Shown one piece after another: positions 1 through 12,611 of a stretch of 64,000 bases of DNA. A program made the position numbers and the translations under genes. Source of the stretch: Lama glama (taxonomy: Eukaryota); the NCBI GenBank assembly GCA_028534125.1, contig CM052832.1:17176001-17240000 (forward strand), in the 5' to 3' direction. The first letter of the stretch is position 1. Every line of letters begins with the position of its first letter. The notes under the pieces are model-generated. The model saw only the letters and a program-made list of their open reading frames with translations, searched no databases and was not told the DNA's origin.

Positions 1-516
1 GGCCTTGTCATTTCAGCCTCCTGCTCAGAGGAGCCAGCTTCTGAAGTTCCCCAAGAGCGTGGGTAGGTTAAATCTTAGACCAATACTTGAAAACCATTGC
101 ATATCCACTTTGGACCAATAGGATTTAATTTGCGTTTTCCCTCTTCCCACAATGGAATGTTCTCGAGAGGGGAAGCAGTCTATGCAGTAGATAAGCCTGC
201 AGTGTGGAAAATGAAGAGTTGGCTTCTGAAGCAGCAGCAAGAGCTATATCCCAGCCCTGGCCTTCATGTCAGGTGACAGCTTCCCTGCAAACTGGGGTGA
301 TATTCAAACTACTTAAACAATGTGGCATCGACTCACCTGGCTCCTAGAACAAGGAAGGAAACACTGGAGACTATCATGGAAAATGAAACCTGGGGCTGCT
401 GCGGAGCAATGCGTTGAGGGTTCCTCCAACCAGGCACTGTGCCCCAGACCGTGACACAGTGGGGTGAGGGACGTGTACAAGTAACACGAAGGAGCACACA
501 GAGTGTTCTCAGGGGG

Positions 517-1016
517 TGGCAGAGAGGAGGAATAGTCCTTTTCCTCTACCCATCTTAGATTCTCTATTTAGCTCAGGAGAGACAAATGAAAGACAGACTA
601 ACAAGAGAAAAACAAGTTTATTAACACATGCATTGTGCCTACACATGAGAATACTCAGTGATGAGGAACCCAAAGGGGTGGTTAGAACTGGGGCTTAGAT
701 ACTATTTAGGCTAAACTAAAGGAAAAGAGATTTGGGGCTTCTGGGTGGTGGAGGCAATTTATGCGAAAGTGATCAGGAAAAGTGTGGTAAACAAGGGTTG
801 TTTATAGTGAGGTTTGTCACGTAGATTTAAGCCAGTGCCTTCTCCTTGGAGAAGACTTGTTAGGAGTCTTCTCTATACATGTAAATTTACAGAAAGAAAA
901 CGTGTGCCCCATTTTAGAGCTTTTCCTGCAGCTGCTCGTTCTCAGTGGCCTTTAGCTTAAAATAATCCATACGCCAAGGAGACGTATTTTGGGGTAGCAT
1001 ATTCTGGTTCCCATCA
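517..1016 (-). mobile_element. Solo ERV1-class LTR, MER34/MER39-like
   Basis: TG...CA termini. The reverse complement of the right end reads TGATGGGAACCAGAATATGCTACCCCAAAATACGTCTCCTTGGCGTATGGATTATTTTAAGCT, resembling the recalled MER34/MER39 5' end. A minus-strand AATAAA lies near 617-622. TSD imperfect (gggg/ggtg). Confidence 0.7.
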
Positions 1017-2679
1017 GGTGTGCGTGATTAATTCTGCAGACGGGAAACCAGGAAGGCTGGCTCGGTGGGGGCCGGAGGGATGCAACAGGAGCTGGGCACT
1101 GTGCTCCCCGACCTGTTCCTGATTCAGTGAGCCCTTCAGAAGGGAACTGGTGGTTATACCCTGAGCTTCTTGGATAATATCCCTTAAGTGCTTCCAACTC
1201 ATGCTTTGTGTTGGATGGCTAAGTGCCCACACTCATAGGGCCTAAATCTTATAGTCTTAGGTCATCTGCAAGGGATCCCCTTTTCCATTTGTATCCAACT
1301 CGGTGGCCTCTATATATATTTTAAAAGAATCTATCTTTTCATTTTTAATCATTTGTCTCCCTGGTGTGACTCTTTCCCCACATCTTCCCTTCTTAACACA
1401 CAAAATACCTTAACTTTTCCCACACAGTAAATAAGCAAATATTTCATATTAATTTTGTTGCTTCCACCATGTTTCAAACCTCCGAAGAATTCTCTGATGC
1501 CCACACCACCCAAGCACTTGCGCATCTGATTCTTTCATTCTGTGTGCCTTTTGCACCCGACTCCGTCGTGTGATGGTTACTTATGTTGGAATTATGTCTG
1601 ACCATCTCAATCTTCTTTGGACACTTCGAGGGTTGTGAATGAGCAAACTCCTGTTGGATTTTCTCCTGGAGTATCCAGTAGATAACTGTCCACACAGACT
1701 GAATAAATTTGAAGTAAGATGTTAGTCCTAAACCTCTCTGTGAAACCATTTATTCAACAAATCAGCTTTCATTAAAACAAAGTCCTTTGGACTGATGCAT
1801 TTAATTCTCCATTATATTCCCCTAGAGTCTGTCTAGAAAGGGTTTTACTGTATTTGAACATTAGGGAGCTGATAGACAGACACGAAGAGTAGAGGTTTCC
1901 AGGTCCCAGTGAGAGAAAGAGAATAGAGGTGGTGATGAGAAAAAGACATTATATAAGTGATTTGAAAAGTGGAGTTAGGGTTAGCATTACTTGCAGGGCT
2001 AAGATTAGGATTATTAAATATAAAACGGGGGCTCTAACATTGAGATTAGGATACGATCTAATAAGGAGGCTAAGGAGACAGGAAGATTAGTACATGGATG
2101 GCTAAAATGAAGATTTGGAGTAAAATAGAGTTAATGCTGCTGTTCTGGGCTGATGCCAGAGTAAATGTTGAATCAAAGCCATTTTGTGTTGAAACTAGAA
2201 CAAAACTAGGATTTTCATTTTTCTTAGTTCATCAGCAGGTACCCAAGAGGATTTGATATTGTTGCCATTTTCATGGGAAAGCTGGGAGACAGCATTTGTG
2301 AGATTAGTACCCCAGAACCCTTTACACATTCTTTGGAGATATTTATTCATTCACTCATTCATTCATTTATAGAACTAATTGGGGGCAAATTTTCTGCAAC
2401 ATTCTGGGCCTTGGTTCTAGGAGTCTGAAATCTCATGGGGAAAGTAGGCCAGGAACACGTCAGGAGCTGTACCAAAACTTCCTCCAGGCAAGTTATTGTT
2501 TCTTGTTCCCACGAGATGCTTTGAAACAACCAGTGAACTCTTTCTTATTCCAGGGAAGCAAACCTCCTTCAGTTGGGGGATCAAATTTGACATATTTTTA
2601 GACTGGGTTGATTTCCTTAAAGTTTGCTGAGAGGTTGAGACCTCACCAGGGCTGGGGAGACACTATTCGTATCAAAAGG

Positions 2680-2880
2680 CAGGGTTAAGAGCATGGAGAC
2701 TTGAACCAATCCTCCTGGGTCCGTATTTCTGACCTTGTTAAGCTGCTACTTAAACTCTGCATCTGAAAGAGGATAATGATATTATCTGCTTCATAGTAAG
2801 AGAGATTAAATAGTCAATATGTGTAACTTACTTTAAATGGTACCTGGGATATCATAATCACTATATAAATACCTAATAAT
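2680..2880 (+). mobile_element. MIR SINE fragment
   Basis: GGTTAAGAGCATGG...TTAAACTCTG...CATCTG...GGATAAT...GATTAAATAG...GTACCTGG matches the MIR core pattern. Confidence 0.6.
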
Positions 2881-3769
2881 AGCAGTGCAATCGTTATCTT
2901 TCTGAGCAAGAGTGCAGGGCTGATGGCGGTAGAGAGGGATTTAGGTCAGGAATCTGGAATGCCGGGTGCAATACCACATTTTGCCAGTAGATGGCACCAA
3001 CTCCACATTGCCAAAATCGTCCTGGCAGCCTAAACATTAAGCTTTCTTTCTCCATCTCTGTCTTGAGATGTTTGTGATTTATGAGTGCCATAAAAGAAGA
3101 AACACTAGGACTGAAGAAGTTAAGTTTCTCTCTAAGGCCCTGTTCCGGTTTCCAGCCTAAGGGTACTGAAATATTTGATGACAGTATGAAAGTAACAGCA
3201 TCTGTTTGAGAAGTTGCCTGACTGCAAGTCATGGGGCCTGGCTTTTGCTTCTAATAGTGCATGTTCTTGGATGAGTTTCTGAACTTACTTGGGCTCCAGC
3301 TTCTGGGTCCTTGCTGTCATTCTGGGGGAATGAAACAGAACGAGAATGCAAAACAGACACTTAAGGAAGAGGGAAAAAACTCAAGGGAGAAGCAAAGAAA
3401 CTATGGTAGAAATTAGAAATGGAGGTGAAGAAATAACAATGATGTGAGAGATGAGATTGAAATGGAAATGACAAAGTTAGGGCCATCATCATGGGGGTGA
3501 AGACCATTAAAAATAGAGGAAATATTAAATTTGATTCCTATGTTTCCTATAGAAATATGTGCCTCCCCTTACCGCATTTTCAGTCTCTGTTCCTATGTCT
3601 CTGTCTCTCTCATACTCACACCCACACTCAAATGCATGCACACACATGTGGCTGTCAGCCATTTCTGTGACATGATGGGTGTGAGGAAGGCAGAGGTGTG
3701 AGGAATACACACGTCCTGACAAAACCATGAAGGTCTTCTCACTTTCAAAGCACATCAGGCAGCTCTCCC

Positions 3770-4260
3770 TCAGCTCTCCCTGGAGTCCACATCCTTCCCC
3801 AGCAACCTCCTAAATGCCCTCTTTATCTCCTTATTCCTCAGGGTGTATATGAGAGGGTTAAGTGAAGGGGTGCCTACTGCATAGAAGAGACCAAAGAACT
3901 TGCCCCTCTTCTGGGCATAGGGATTTTTGGGCTGGAGGTAGACAGCCATGGCTGAGCTGTAGAAGAGGGTGACCACCGTGAGATGGGAGGAGCAGGTTCC
4001 CAGAGCCTTCCTCCAGGCTGTGGCAGAGTTAATCCTCAGCACTGCCCGAGCAATGGCTCCGTAGGAAATCAGGATGAGGCTGAGGGGCACGACCAAGATG
4101 AAGATACTGGCGACAGCCATCTGGATCTCATTGTAGCTGGTGTCCCCACAGGAAAGTCGAATTAGAGCCGGGACCTCACACACAAAATCATCCACCTGCC
4201 GGTGGGAGCAGAAAGGCAGGCGGAGGGTGGGTGGTGTCTGGACCACAGACTCCACCAGCC
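3770..4260 (-). CDS. OR2H1: Olfactory receptor, OR2H1-like; 3' half only (5' half falls in the N gap)
   Basis: Open frame LPFCSHRQVDDFVCEVPALIRLSC...KALGTCSSHLTVV...[32 protein letters not shown]. It has OR TM5-TM7 motifs, and the C-terminus resembles recalled human OR2H1 (DSRES) more than OR2H2. Symbol assigned from memory. Confidence 0.85.
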
Positions 4261-4760
4261 NNNNNNNNNNNNNNNNNNNNNNNNNNNNNNNNNNNNNNNN
4301 NNNNNNNNNNNNNNNNNNNNNNNNNNNNNNNNNNNNNNNNNNNNNNNNNNNNNNNNNNNNNNNNNNNNNNNNNNNNNNNNNNNNNNNNNNNNNNNNNNNN
4401 NNNNNNNNNNNNNNNNNNNNNNNNNNNNNNNNNNNNNNNNNNNNNNNNNNNNNNNNNNNNNNNNNNNNNNNNNNNNNNNNNNNNNNNNNNNNNNNNNNNN
4501 NNNNNNNNNNNNNNNNNNNNNNNNNNNNNNNNNNNNNNNNNNNNNNNNNNNNNNNNNNNNNNNNNNNNNNNNNNNNNNNNNNNNNNNNNNNNNNNNNNNN
4601 NNNNNNNNNNNNNNNNNNNNNNNNNNNNNNNNNNNNNNNNNNNNNNNNNNNNNNNNNNNNNNNNNNNNNNNNNNNNNNNNNNNNNNNNNNNNNNNNNNNN
4701 NNNNNNNNNNNNNNNNNNNNNNNNNNNNNNNNNNNNNNNNNNNNNNNNNNNNNNNNNNNN
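4261..4760. other. Assembly gap (500 N)
   Basis: Run of exactly 500 N. Confidence 1.
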
Positions 4761-5799
4761 CTTACAGGTGTCCTTTTTGAGGTCTGAACTCTACACATCT
4801 ATGTCAAATATAATCAGTGTTCCTACCACAAGAATAATCAGGAAAATATATGGAGGAAAGAAAGTTCTTGAACTTTTTGCCCAAAGGAAAAAGATTTTCC
4901 TCTAGATGTTTCTTCTTTTCCAAATAGCAATGGATAGCCTTTGTTCGTGTTTCAGATATGGAAAGATAGTTTTTTACAATCCTATTATGGGGGTGAAATT
5001 TTATATGTATATTTACCTACATATACTGATCACTAATCATTCTCCTTCTCGATCTTGTTCAAAGACTCCCTTCAAGCCACATCCATACCACATGCACACG
5101 TATATACACAGATATAGATTATGTATATTCAAACTTTAATCTTCAACCACTCTCTTTCTCAGATCTTGTTAAGAGACTCTATTCAAGCCATAATTCTTAT
5201 ACTTGAACTATGGAGAAGGCCTACACACTTTACCTCCAGTTTATAAGCTGGTTCTCAGTGAGTGGGAGACAGTAAAGTTATTCAACATAATCAGGATAGA
5301 AAGTTAGTCCTGAAGTAATGAGTGGGGCTAGAAGGAACTTCTTGATGGATTGTTTATAATCCAAATGTTTAAAAAATATTTTAGAATATTGTAATAAAAA
5401 GATATGAGAGAAATAATTAGATGATTTTGATATCATTTATGATTCTGACATAAGTAGTGCATTCATGAGCACAGTCATGAATGTTATTCTTGTTTGTAAA
5501 ATTTGAAAGTCAAAAATTTGTCTCTAAAGTTGTTTTTAAATCTAACATCCTATTGAATTATGAGATTTTGAATTTTGATAACAAATTTAAAAATTGGTAA
5601 TTCCCAAACTTCTCTTTACGTATGTTAGGGAACATAAATTCATATTTAGAAAGACATTATATTCTGAAAAAGGCCAATCTTAGGATGAATTCTAAATGTT
5701 TAAAAGAATGCCTATTATATTATTTTCTGGAGGCAATGGGAATAACTTCTTATGCCTGCATTTCATCTGAGTATTTGTGGAGACTACTGAAGGTCAAAA

Positions 5800-6580
5800 A
5801 GTACTAATTATCAGTTATAAGAATAATTTCTGGGGAGCTAATGTACAGCATGGTGACTTTAGTTAATAATATGGTATTGTATAATTGAAAGTTGCTGGAA
5901 GTGGATCTTAAACATTCTCACTATGTTACTGAATCCAAACTTGTTCTGTTCCCCGCACGACAAACCAATAAATCAGGAGATGAGGTATTGGGGCAAGGAA
6001 CAATGTCTTTATTCAGAAAGCCAGGAGACTGAGAAAATGAGGACTAATGTCCTAGAGAACCATCTTACCCAAGTCAGAATATACTGAAAAGTGGAGGGAG
6101 TGTGGTTAGTTGCTGCAAACTTTTTATAGCTGTCTATGTAGATCAGGTCATGATGTTTCAGTAAACCTCCAACAAGACAAATGTTATTCTCTGTTCTGCA
6201 ACTTTTTATCTCTGTATGAGTGGAACAGCGTTACATCCTTAAAAGTCTGAGCCTTGAGAATGGGCTACCCTGTATATTTCAGATAGGCAACACTCTTTCA
6301 CAAACGGTGCAGAACCAGCAGGACTAAGCACAGGAAAAAGAACACAGGGTTAGAGCTAAAGGAACAGATCTACTATGGAGTCAGATTTCTTCTTCCCTAT
6401 TACAACTACACACAAAGAAAAGAGTTAACTATGTTAACTATGTGAGGTAATGAATATGTTAATATTCTTGATCTTTGTAACCATTTTACAATGTATATGT
6501 ATACCAAGTTACCACATTGTACACTTTAAATACCTATAATTGTATTTGTCATTTATTCTTCAATAAAGTTAAAAAATAAA
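5800..6580 (+). mobile_element. L1 (L1MA-type) 3' UTR fragment split by an LTR insertion
   Basis: TAATGTACAGCATGGTGACT...GAAAGTTGCT...GATCTTAAACATTCTCACTA, resuming after the LTR with CACACAAAG...AACTATGTGAGGTAATG...ACATTGTACACTTTAAAT...AATAAAG and an A-rich tail. Confidence 0.8.
5924..6404 (-). mobile_element. Solo LTR (ERV1-type) nested in L1
   Basis: TGTTAC...TATTACA termini, with perfect 4-bp TSD ACTA at 5920-5923 and 6405-6408. TTTATT near 6008 is a minus-strand poly(A) signal. Confidence 0.85.
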
Positions 6581-7682
6581 AATTTTAAATTATATTTATC
6601 CCATTAAAGATACAATTTTACCTTCTGAAGTATAAACATACCCAAATAAAATGACACATTTAGCTTTCATTATTCCCAAAAGTAAGTGGCTGAATAAGAT
6701 ACTGACTTTAAAGCATAAAATTTGGGGACACAGATGATGTTATAGAAAAATAGTGAGTGAAGATGTATTGTGGAATATATAAAATCCAGACTGTTTTCAT
6801 TGTGCAGAACAATGTGAAATGGGCGACAAAGATGTATTTTGCCTTTTTATGACTTTACCAAATGTCAAGACCTTGTTTTTAACTAAAGGTATGTAGGTGA
6901 GTTTTTATCTTATTTTTATCTAAATATTTTTACCAAAAACTTGACAAATGTCTGCATGTCTGAGTTTGTGTGTCTGTGTGTTTTCATGTGAATGTATCAC
7001 AAATGTCTTTTTTTCATCAACTTTAAGAGATATAAAAATTAGTGATAACTAATCATGTCAGTTATTAAATAACTTTTAAAATTATTTAGCTTCCCTCTAT
7101 ATTGAAATTCATTTGTGTCTGACCCTATATCACACTCTGATTAGATAATTAGTTGTAAGAAACATTATCATAACCTGCTTTGTCTATAAGTAACAAAGGG
7201 CACAAAATATATTCCACTTATTTTCCTAACTCACTACCTCACTGTTATCCATTATTTTTGCATTATAACCACTGTAGAAACAGTGATTGCTCATAATTCA
7301 TTTCATACTGGGTATTTAAATCTGCTTCAGCATTCTTGTCCTCTTTCCCTCCTACTTCCACTAACAAAATTATGCAGTCACCCAGATTGAAAGCTTTTCT
7401 TTCCTTCTTGAAGCAAGTTACCTTTAAAAATAATTATCAAAAAATGGGGAAAAGAGGATGGTCACTTGAAAGAAAGGAGGATAGGTCAAATACTTACTGA
7501 GTCAAGAAATGACACAAAAGAATGCCTTTGTTTTTAAGAATGACCTTTTTTCCTTCTCTGTGAAAACTCATTAGTAAAACAAAAACTATAAGTTTACTTC
7601 AAATATTGTAAGTAAATAGTAATAATGATATTCCCCTCAATTAAATTTCATGTCCATTTTTCTCTTTTACAATAACAGACTA

Positions 7683-8624
7683 ATGGAACCAGACAATGAA
7701 CTGTTTAGGGGAGATTTCATTTTGCTTGGATTTTCAGACCAGCCTCAGCTGGAGGTCATCCTCTTGGTAGCAGTTTTGATATCCTATCTTTTCAGCCTCC
7801 TGGGCAACACAACCATCATCCTGGTCTCCTGCCTTGACTCCAGATTTCACACACCTACGTATTTCTTCCTCACAAATCTCTCCTTCCTTGACCTTTGCCT
7901 CACTACCAGCTTGTCCCACAGCTATTGTGGAACCTGAAGGGACCAGCCAAGACCATCACATCGACTGGCTGTGCCTTACAACTCTATGTGTCCCTGTCAC
8001 TGGGTTCCACTGAGTGTGTTCTCCTTACCGTCAAGGCTTTTGACCACTATGTAGTGGTCTACAGACCTCTCAGTTACACTAGTGTCATACGCCCATCACT
8101 TTGCAAGGCCTTAGCAGGAATAGCCTGGCTAAGTGGAGTAGGAAACACTCTCATCCAAGGAACCCTCACCCTTTGACTTCCTCGATGTGGACATTACCAT
8201 CTGCACCACTCCTTATGTGAATTACCTACCATGATCACGTTGGCTTGTGTTGACATCCATACAAGTGAAGTCCAGCTTTTTGTGGCCACGTTAGTTCTCC
8301 TTCTTCTTCCTATGGCATTGATATTCGTATCCTGTGGATTCATTGTGCAAGCGGTGAGAAAAATTTGTCAGTCCAAGCTTGGCACCAGGCTCTTGGGACC
8401 TATGGTTCCCATCTACTAGTGGTGTTCCTTTTTTGGGGGACAGCTCAGCCATATACATTCAACCAAAGGGCTCCTATGGCCGTAGCCAGGGCAAGTTCCT
8501 TACACTCTTCTATACTGTTTTAGCTCCCACACTCAACCCCCTCATATATACTCTGAGAAACAAAGATGTGAAAGGAGCCCTGAGAAGAGAACAAAATTCC
8601 TCAGAAAACTCAGGGAAACAGTGA
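7683..8624 (+). pseudogene. Olfactory receptor pseudogene, tandem paralog of the 12612-13553 gene (OR2G-like)
   Basis: OR reading frame spread over several ORF frames: [21 protein letters not shown]...TPTYFFL, a 1-bp deletion near 7910, [16 protein letters not shown]...KAFDHY...[11 protein letters not shown], in-frame TGA at 8174-8176 (Trp in the paralog), frameshifts near 8366 and 8435, then [22 protein letters not shown]>PTY and DRY>DHY motifs are degraded. Confidence 0.93.
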
Positions 8625-9329
8625 CTTTCTGTTGTGGAAAATTATAAAAGAGACATAACATTAAATAACTACTCCCAAGTATATAGTGTATGTGTTACTT
8701 ACTTCTCTGTATTTATATACATTATGGCTAGCATGGTTTAGAAAAAAGAAGCACATTTAGATTCATACTGTATAGCTCATGGAACCTCTTGTCTGTGTGC
8801 ATGCACGTGTGTTAAAAACATGTTTGCACTTTCTCTTATCAAATGTCTTTGAAGAGCTGCAGCATATACTAAAACTAAGAGATTTTGTGATCTACCCAAT
8901 ATATGTGTGCTTACATATATAATTAGGGAATTCAAAAAGTGTTTAATATGCAAACAAAAAACTGAAAAGCATATATTAATGTGAGAAATTTCCTTTGTAA
9001 AAGAGTCATAGTGTAATATTATTTAAAACATTTTATACACGGTAACTCAATTCTTTCAAGAAATAAACACAACAAAACTTGAAAATGTGGGCTTTTTTTT
9101 TCATAGTAAAGGACCAGATCTGTGGATCTACTTAAAATGCTATTAAGAAAGAAAATATTTGTTTTTCATAAAAATAATTGTTAAGTAATTATAAAGAATT
9201 ACTTAATAATTTAACAAAATGCTAAAAATTCATATAATCTAGTTTCAGATGGACCTAGGGTCTACTGGGCACGATGTTGTGTTCAGCCTTATTTGTTAAC
9301 CTATTCCTTTCCCCGCTGTCTTTGTGACT

Positions 9330-9540
9330 GTAAAACACATGGACTCTGAAGCCAGACTGCTTGCTTTGAAATTTTTCTTTTCTTCTCATTGGCTATGTAT
9401 AACCCTCTGCTCTTTACCTGACCTCTAAGTTCCTCAGTTTAATCATCTCACAGGTTTGCAGTGAGAAGTAGTAAGTAAATTAACTCTTACAAAGTACTTA
9501 AAAATCACTCATGGCACTGGTTAAGTGCTGAATGAATCTT
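9330..9540 (+). mobile_element. MIR SINE fragment
   Basis: CATGGACTCTGAAGCCAGACTGC...ACCTCTAAGTTCCTCAGTTT...GGCAC...TAAGTGCT. Confidence 0.6.
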
Positions 9541-10384
9541 AAGGGTTATTAAGATACTTTCTAAAATATTATGGTGCTCTACAGACTTCCAAATTCTTCA
9601 CACTCTTCCTCCATCATACCTAACCTGTGCTTGATTTGTTTGTTTGTAACTGTCTTGTATTTTGTATTATACTGTACATTGCATTTCTTTTCTACTTTGC
9701 TGGGAACAATGTGGTGAATTACACTGACTGATTTTTTTTGGTTCTGGCTATTTGGGCAATGGGTAGGATTTTTAAATAATTGACTTACTTGATAATATTT
9801 TCAGAAGATTTTAAAATCCATGTTAACTAGTAAGACTATTCTGTAATTTCTTTTGTTGTTCTGTTGCCATAGCTATACTTGACTAAAAAGGATTTGAATC
9901 TTACCTTTTATTTTTCAAACCATTGGAATATAAAAAGACTTTCTACAAATCACTAGGAAAAAGCCTACAGACTTAAACAGGTACTACACATATTATCTCT
10001 CAATGACCTGTAGATGTGAAATGATCTAGTTAACTTCACTAGTGATCAGTGAAATTGAAATCATGAGATATCTACTAAATACCACCAAAATGGATAAAAT
10101 TAAAAGGACAGAAAATATGAAGTTATGAGCCAACAGGATATGTTCATAATTATATATGTACTTATATGTTCTATTTCCTTTAATCCAGCCTGCAAGTTAC
10201 TACCTTATCCTCTCAGTCAAATATGTAGATTATATTATTGGAAATTTAACATGAATATGGCAGAAATGAGAAAACAACCCCTTGCTGGGTGGTTATAAGG
10301 GCAGAACTTAAGTATCTTTCTGGTTTGGCCTAGATAGAAAAAAAAAGTGAAAAATCAGAGGGGCAAAAGTATGTCTTTCAGAAT

Positions 10385-10600
10385 GACCTCCTGGGACAAT
10401 TCTTTGGATACTACAGAGTCTCATATTAATTGCCATATTGGGAGAACTGTGTCCCTGGGATCTTTTCAGATTCGGTGTCCTGTGTCCCGTCCCAGTCTCT
10501 CCTGACTTGCTGATCTTCAGGGAGCTCCCTCTCAAATAACAGTCCCTACAACCAGCACATGGGCCTTAGGCACTGACTTGTCATTTCAAGGTAATAATAA
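10385..10600 (+). promoter_or_regulatory. Candidate OR promoter / first non-coding exon for the 12612 gene
   Basis: O/E-like sites CTCCTGGGA (10388), TCCCTGGGA (10452) and CTTCAGGGA (10515) surround homeodomain site TTAATTG (10426). Donor-like AAG|GTAATA at 10591, and acceptor TTTTCCTCCTTTTTCTGAACAG ending at 12607, just before the ATG. Confidence 0.5.
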
Positions 10601-12611
10601 TTTGAACTCCATGGCTTAAAGTTCTTTTTCACATTGCAGTGAGCTTATCAGTCTGCCAAAAAAAAATCTGGAAAACGTCCTCTTTTTTAACTTATTCACT
10701 TCTATTGATGCCTAGATTTTATATCTACACCGTGCCTATGACTCTTAACTTTTAATGGCAAATTGAAATTCTGGCTTAAAGTGATATTCGTATGGGTGAG
10801 GAGAGATCACATGGTACACATTTGATGATAAATTTTGCATCATAGTGGAATAGAATCCTCCTCCAAGCCTAAAGTGAACATATTCTTATAACTATCCTTA
10901 TAAATAAGGAACCAGTTCATGACTGTGAATTGATCTTTCATGGCATTCCTGTTGAAGGTTGTGTTGTCTGTATGCATGTGTAGAGGGGTGGGGAGTAGGT
11001 TAAAACACAAGAGAAATTCTCATATGACTGAGAATATAAGGTAGCAATTTGCTGCAGGCTGGATTAAAGGGAATAGAACAAGTGACATAAGTCTGGCTTT
11101 ATCTTATTCCTTTGATAGGAAAAATGAGTAGTTTTTAGGGTAGCTAAATGGATGGGAACTGACCATGAATGAGAGAAAGGAAGGAGTTATGCATGTGTGT
11201 ATGTATCAGAGTTTTTGTGCATGGCTGTGTGTGTATATAGTTGTGAGTGTGTTTATAAGGAAAAATATATATAATATAAACTAGTTTCTTCCTTAGCGGC
11301 CCTTTTATAGTTTCATTTTACTATTATTTACTTTCTCTGTTTGAGAGATCACTCAGTGACTTCGTGCTGTTGTTGAATGTCCAGATCCCCCACCTGACCC
11401 TTCCCTTGACTTCCTTTCCTTTCCACTGTGTTCTGCTAAGTATCATTTTTACATGATAAGTTAAATTAATATAAGATATTGACCATTGAGTGTATATTCC
11501 ATGATTAATTTTCACAACAAGTAATAAACAATTTGAGGATATGCAGTTATTTTTAGGGAAGAATTTTGAAGCCTGAGTGATTTTCAGTGATGACATGCAA
11601 AAGTGCCTATTTGTCTTAAACGGGAAGTATAGTTATGGTCTTTGGGAATGTGCTTTGTATCAACAAATATATTTTGAACTGTTGCATTTATAACTGTTTG
11701 GGCCTTTTAAAAACCCATTAAAAATCTTGGTCTCTGTAATCTTCTAGAAGGTAGAAATTCTCTGTGGTTTTGGCATACATTGAGGCAGCCTCTATTCATC
11801 CCATCAAGAAACCTTCCTTTCCTTCATCTTCACTCCCTCCATTCAGATTCAACCACTTCTTTCAACATGCAAGACAAATGAGCTGATTTCCCTCCTCAAC
11901 ACCACATACCAAAGAAGGCAAGGAGGTTTGTTCTGAACACATTGAGTGAATTTACATCACTAACAAGCTGGTGGACTAAATGAGTTAACCAGTCCTTAAA
12001 GGAAATATGTTTTGGAAATTGTGTGTGCATAATGACTAAATGTTTAGGTATACATCTTAATATTATTACTTTCAATAGCCAAGTTTGGCATTTTATAGCA
12101 AAAAATACCTCTAACTTCCAGGAGCCAGTTGTCATTTATATAATAAAAATCCTTGGAAAAAAATGCCCACCTCAGAATTATGATTGAAGAATTTAAGTAT
12201 TATTTACATATATTGAACATCAGCATTACTGAGTTTTCTCCATTTAATTTGAATGATTTGTCATAGGCTACAAATTAATCAGATGCATTTTATTCTTCTG
12301 GTATTCTCTTTCTGCCTTTATCTTTTTTCTGTGATTAATTTTTTCTCACCTTCGAATAGTTATCTCTCAAGGAAACTCTATGCTTTTACAATTAGCCTTT
12401 ATGGGCTTCTCTGTACAGTCTGGTCCTTAATGTCATTTGCTGCAACTTCTGAAAGACACTGCCAAAATTCATTCCATGGGGCACTGTAATTTCTCTTAGA
12501 GTCAGTGTTTCAAAGAGTTATTTTTAAAAGGTTGATATTGTAACCAGAGGCTAACACATAATCCTTTCTCTAAATTCTTATGATGTTTTCCTCCTTTTTC
12601 TGAACAGGATA

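Noticed and set aside
4761..4790. CCT|GTAAG on the minus strand at the gap edge as a possible 5' UTR donor for the OR2H1-like gene
   Set aside because: The motif is short, reads equally well as a plus-strand acceptor (CTTACAG), and contig adjacency is unverified.
4140..4905. Long ORFs spanning N runs (also 26513-27265 and 47837-48527)
   Set aside because: Their length comes from translating N as X. Only the OR-like parts next to the gaps are meaningful.
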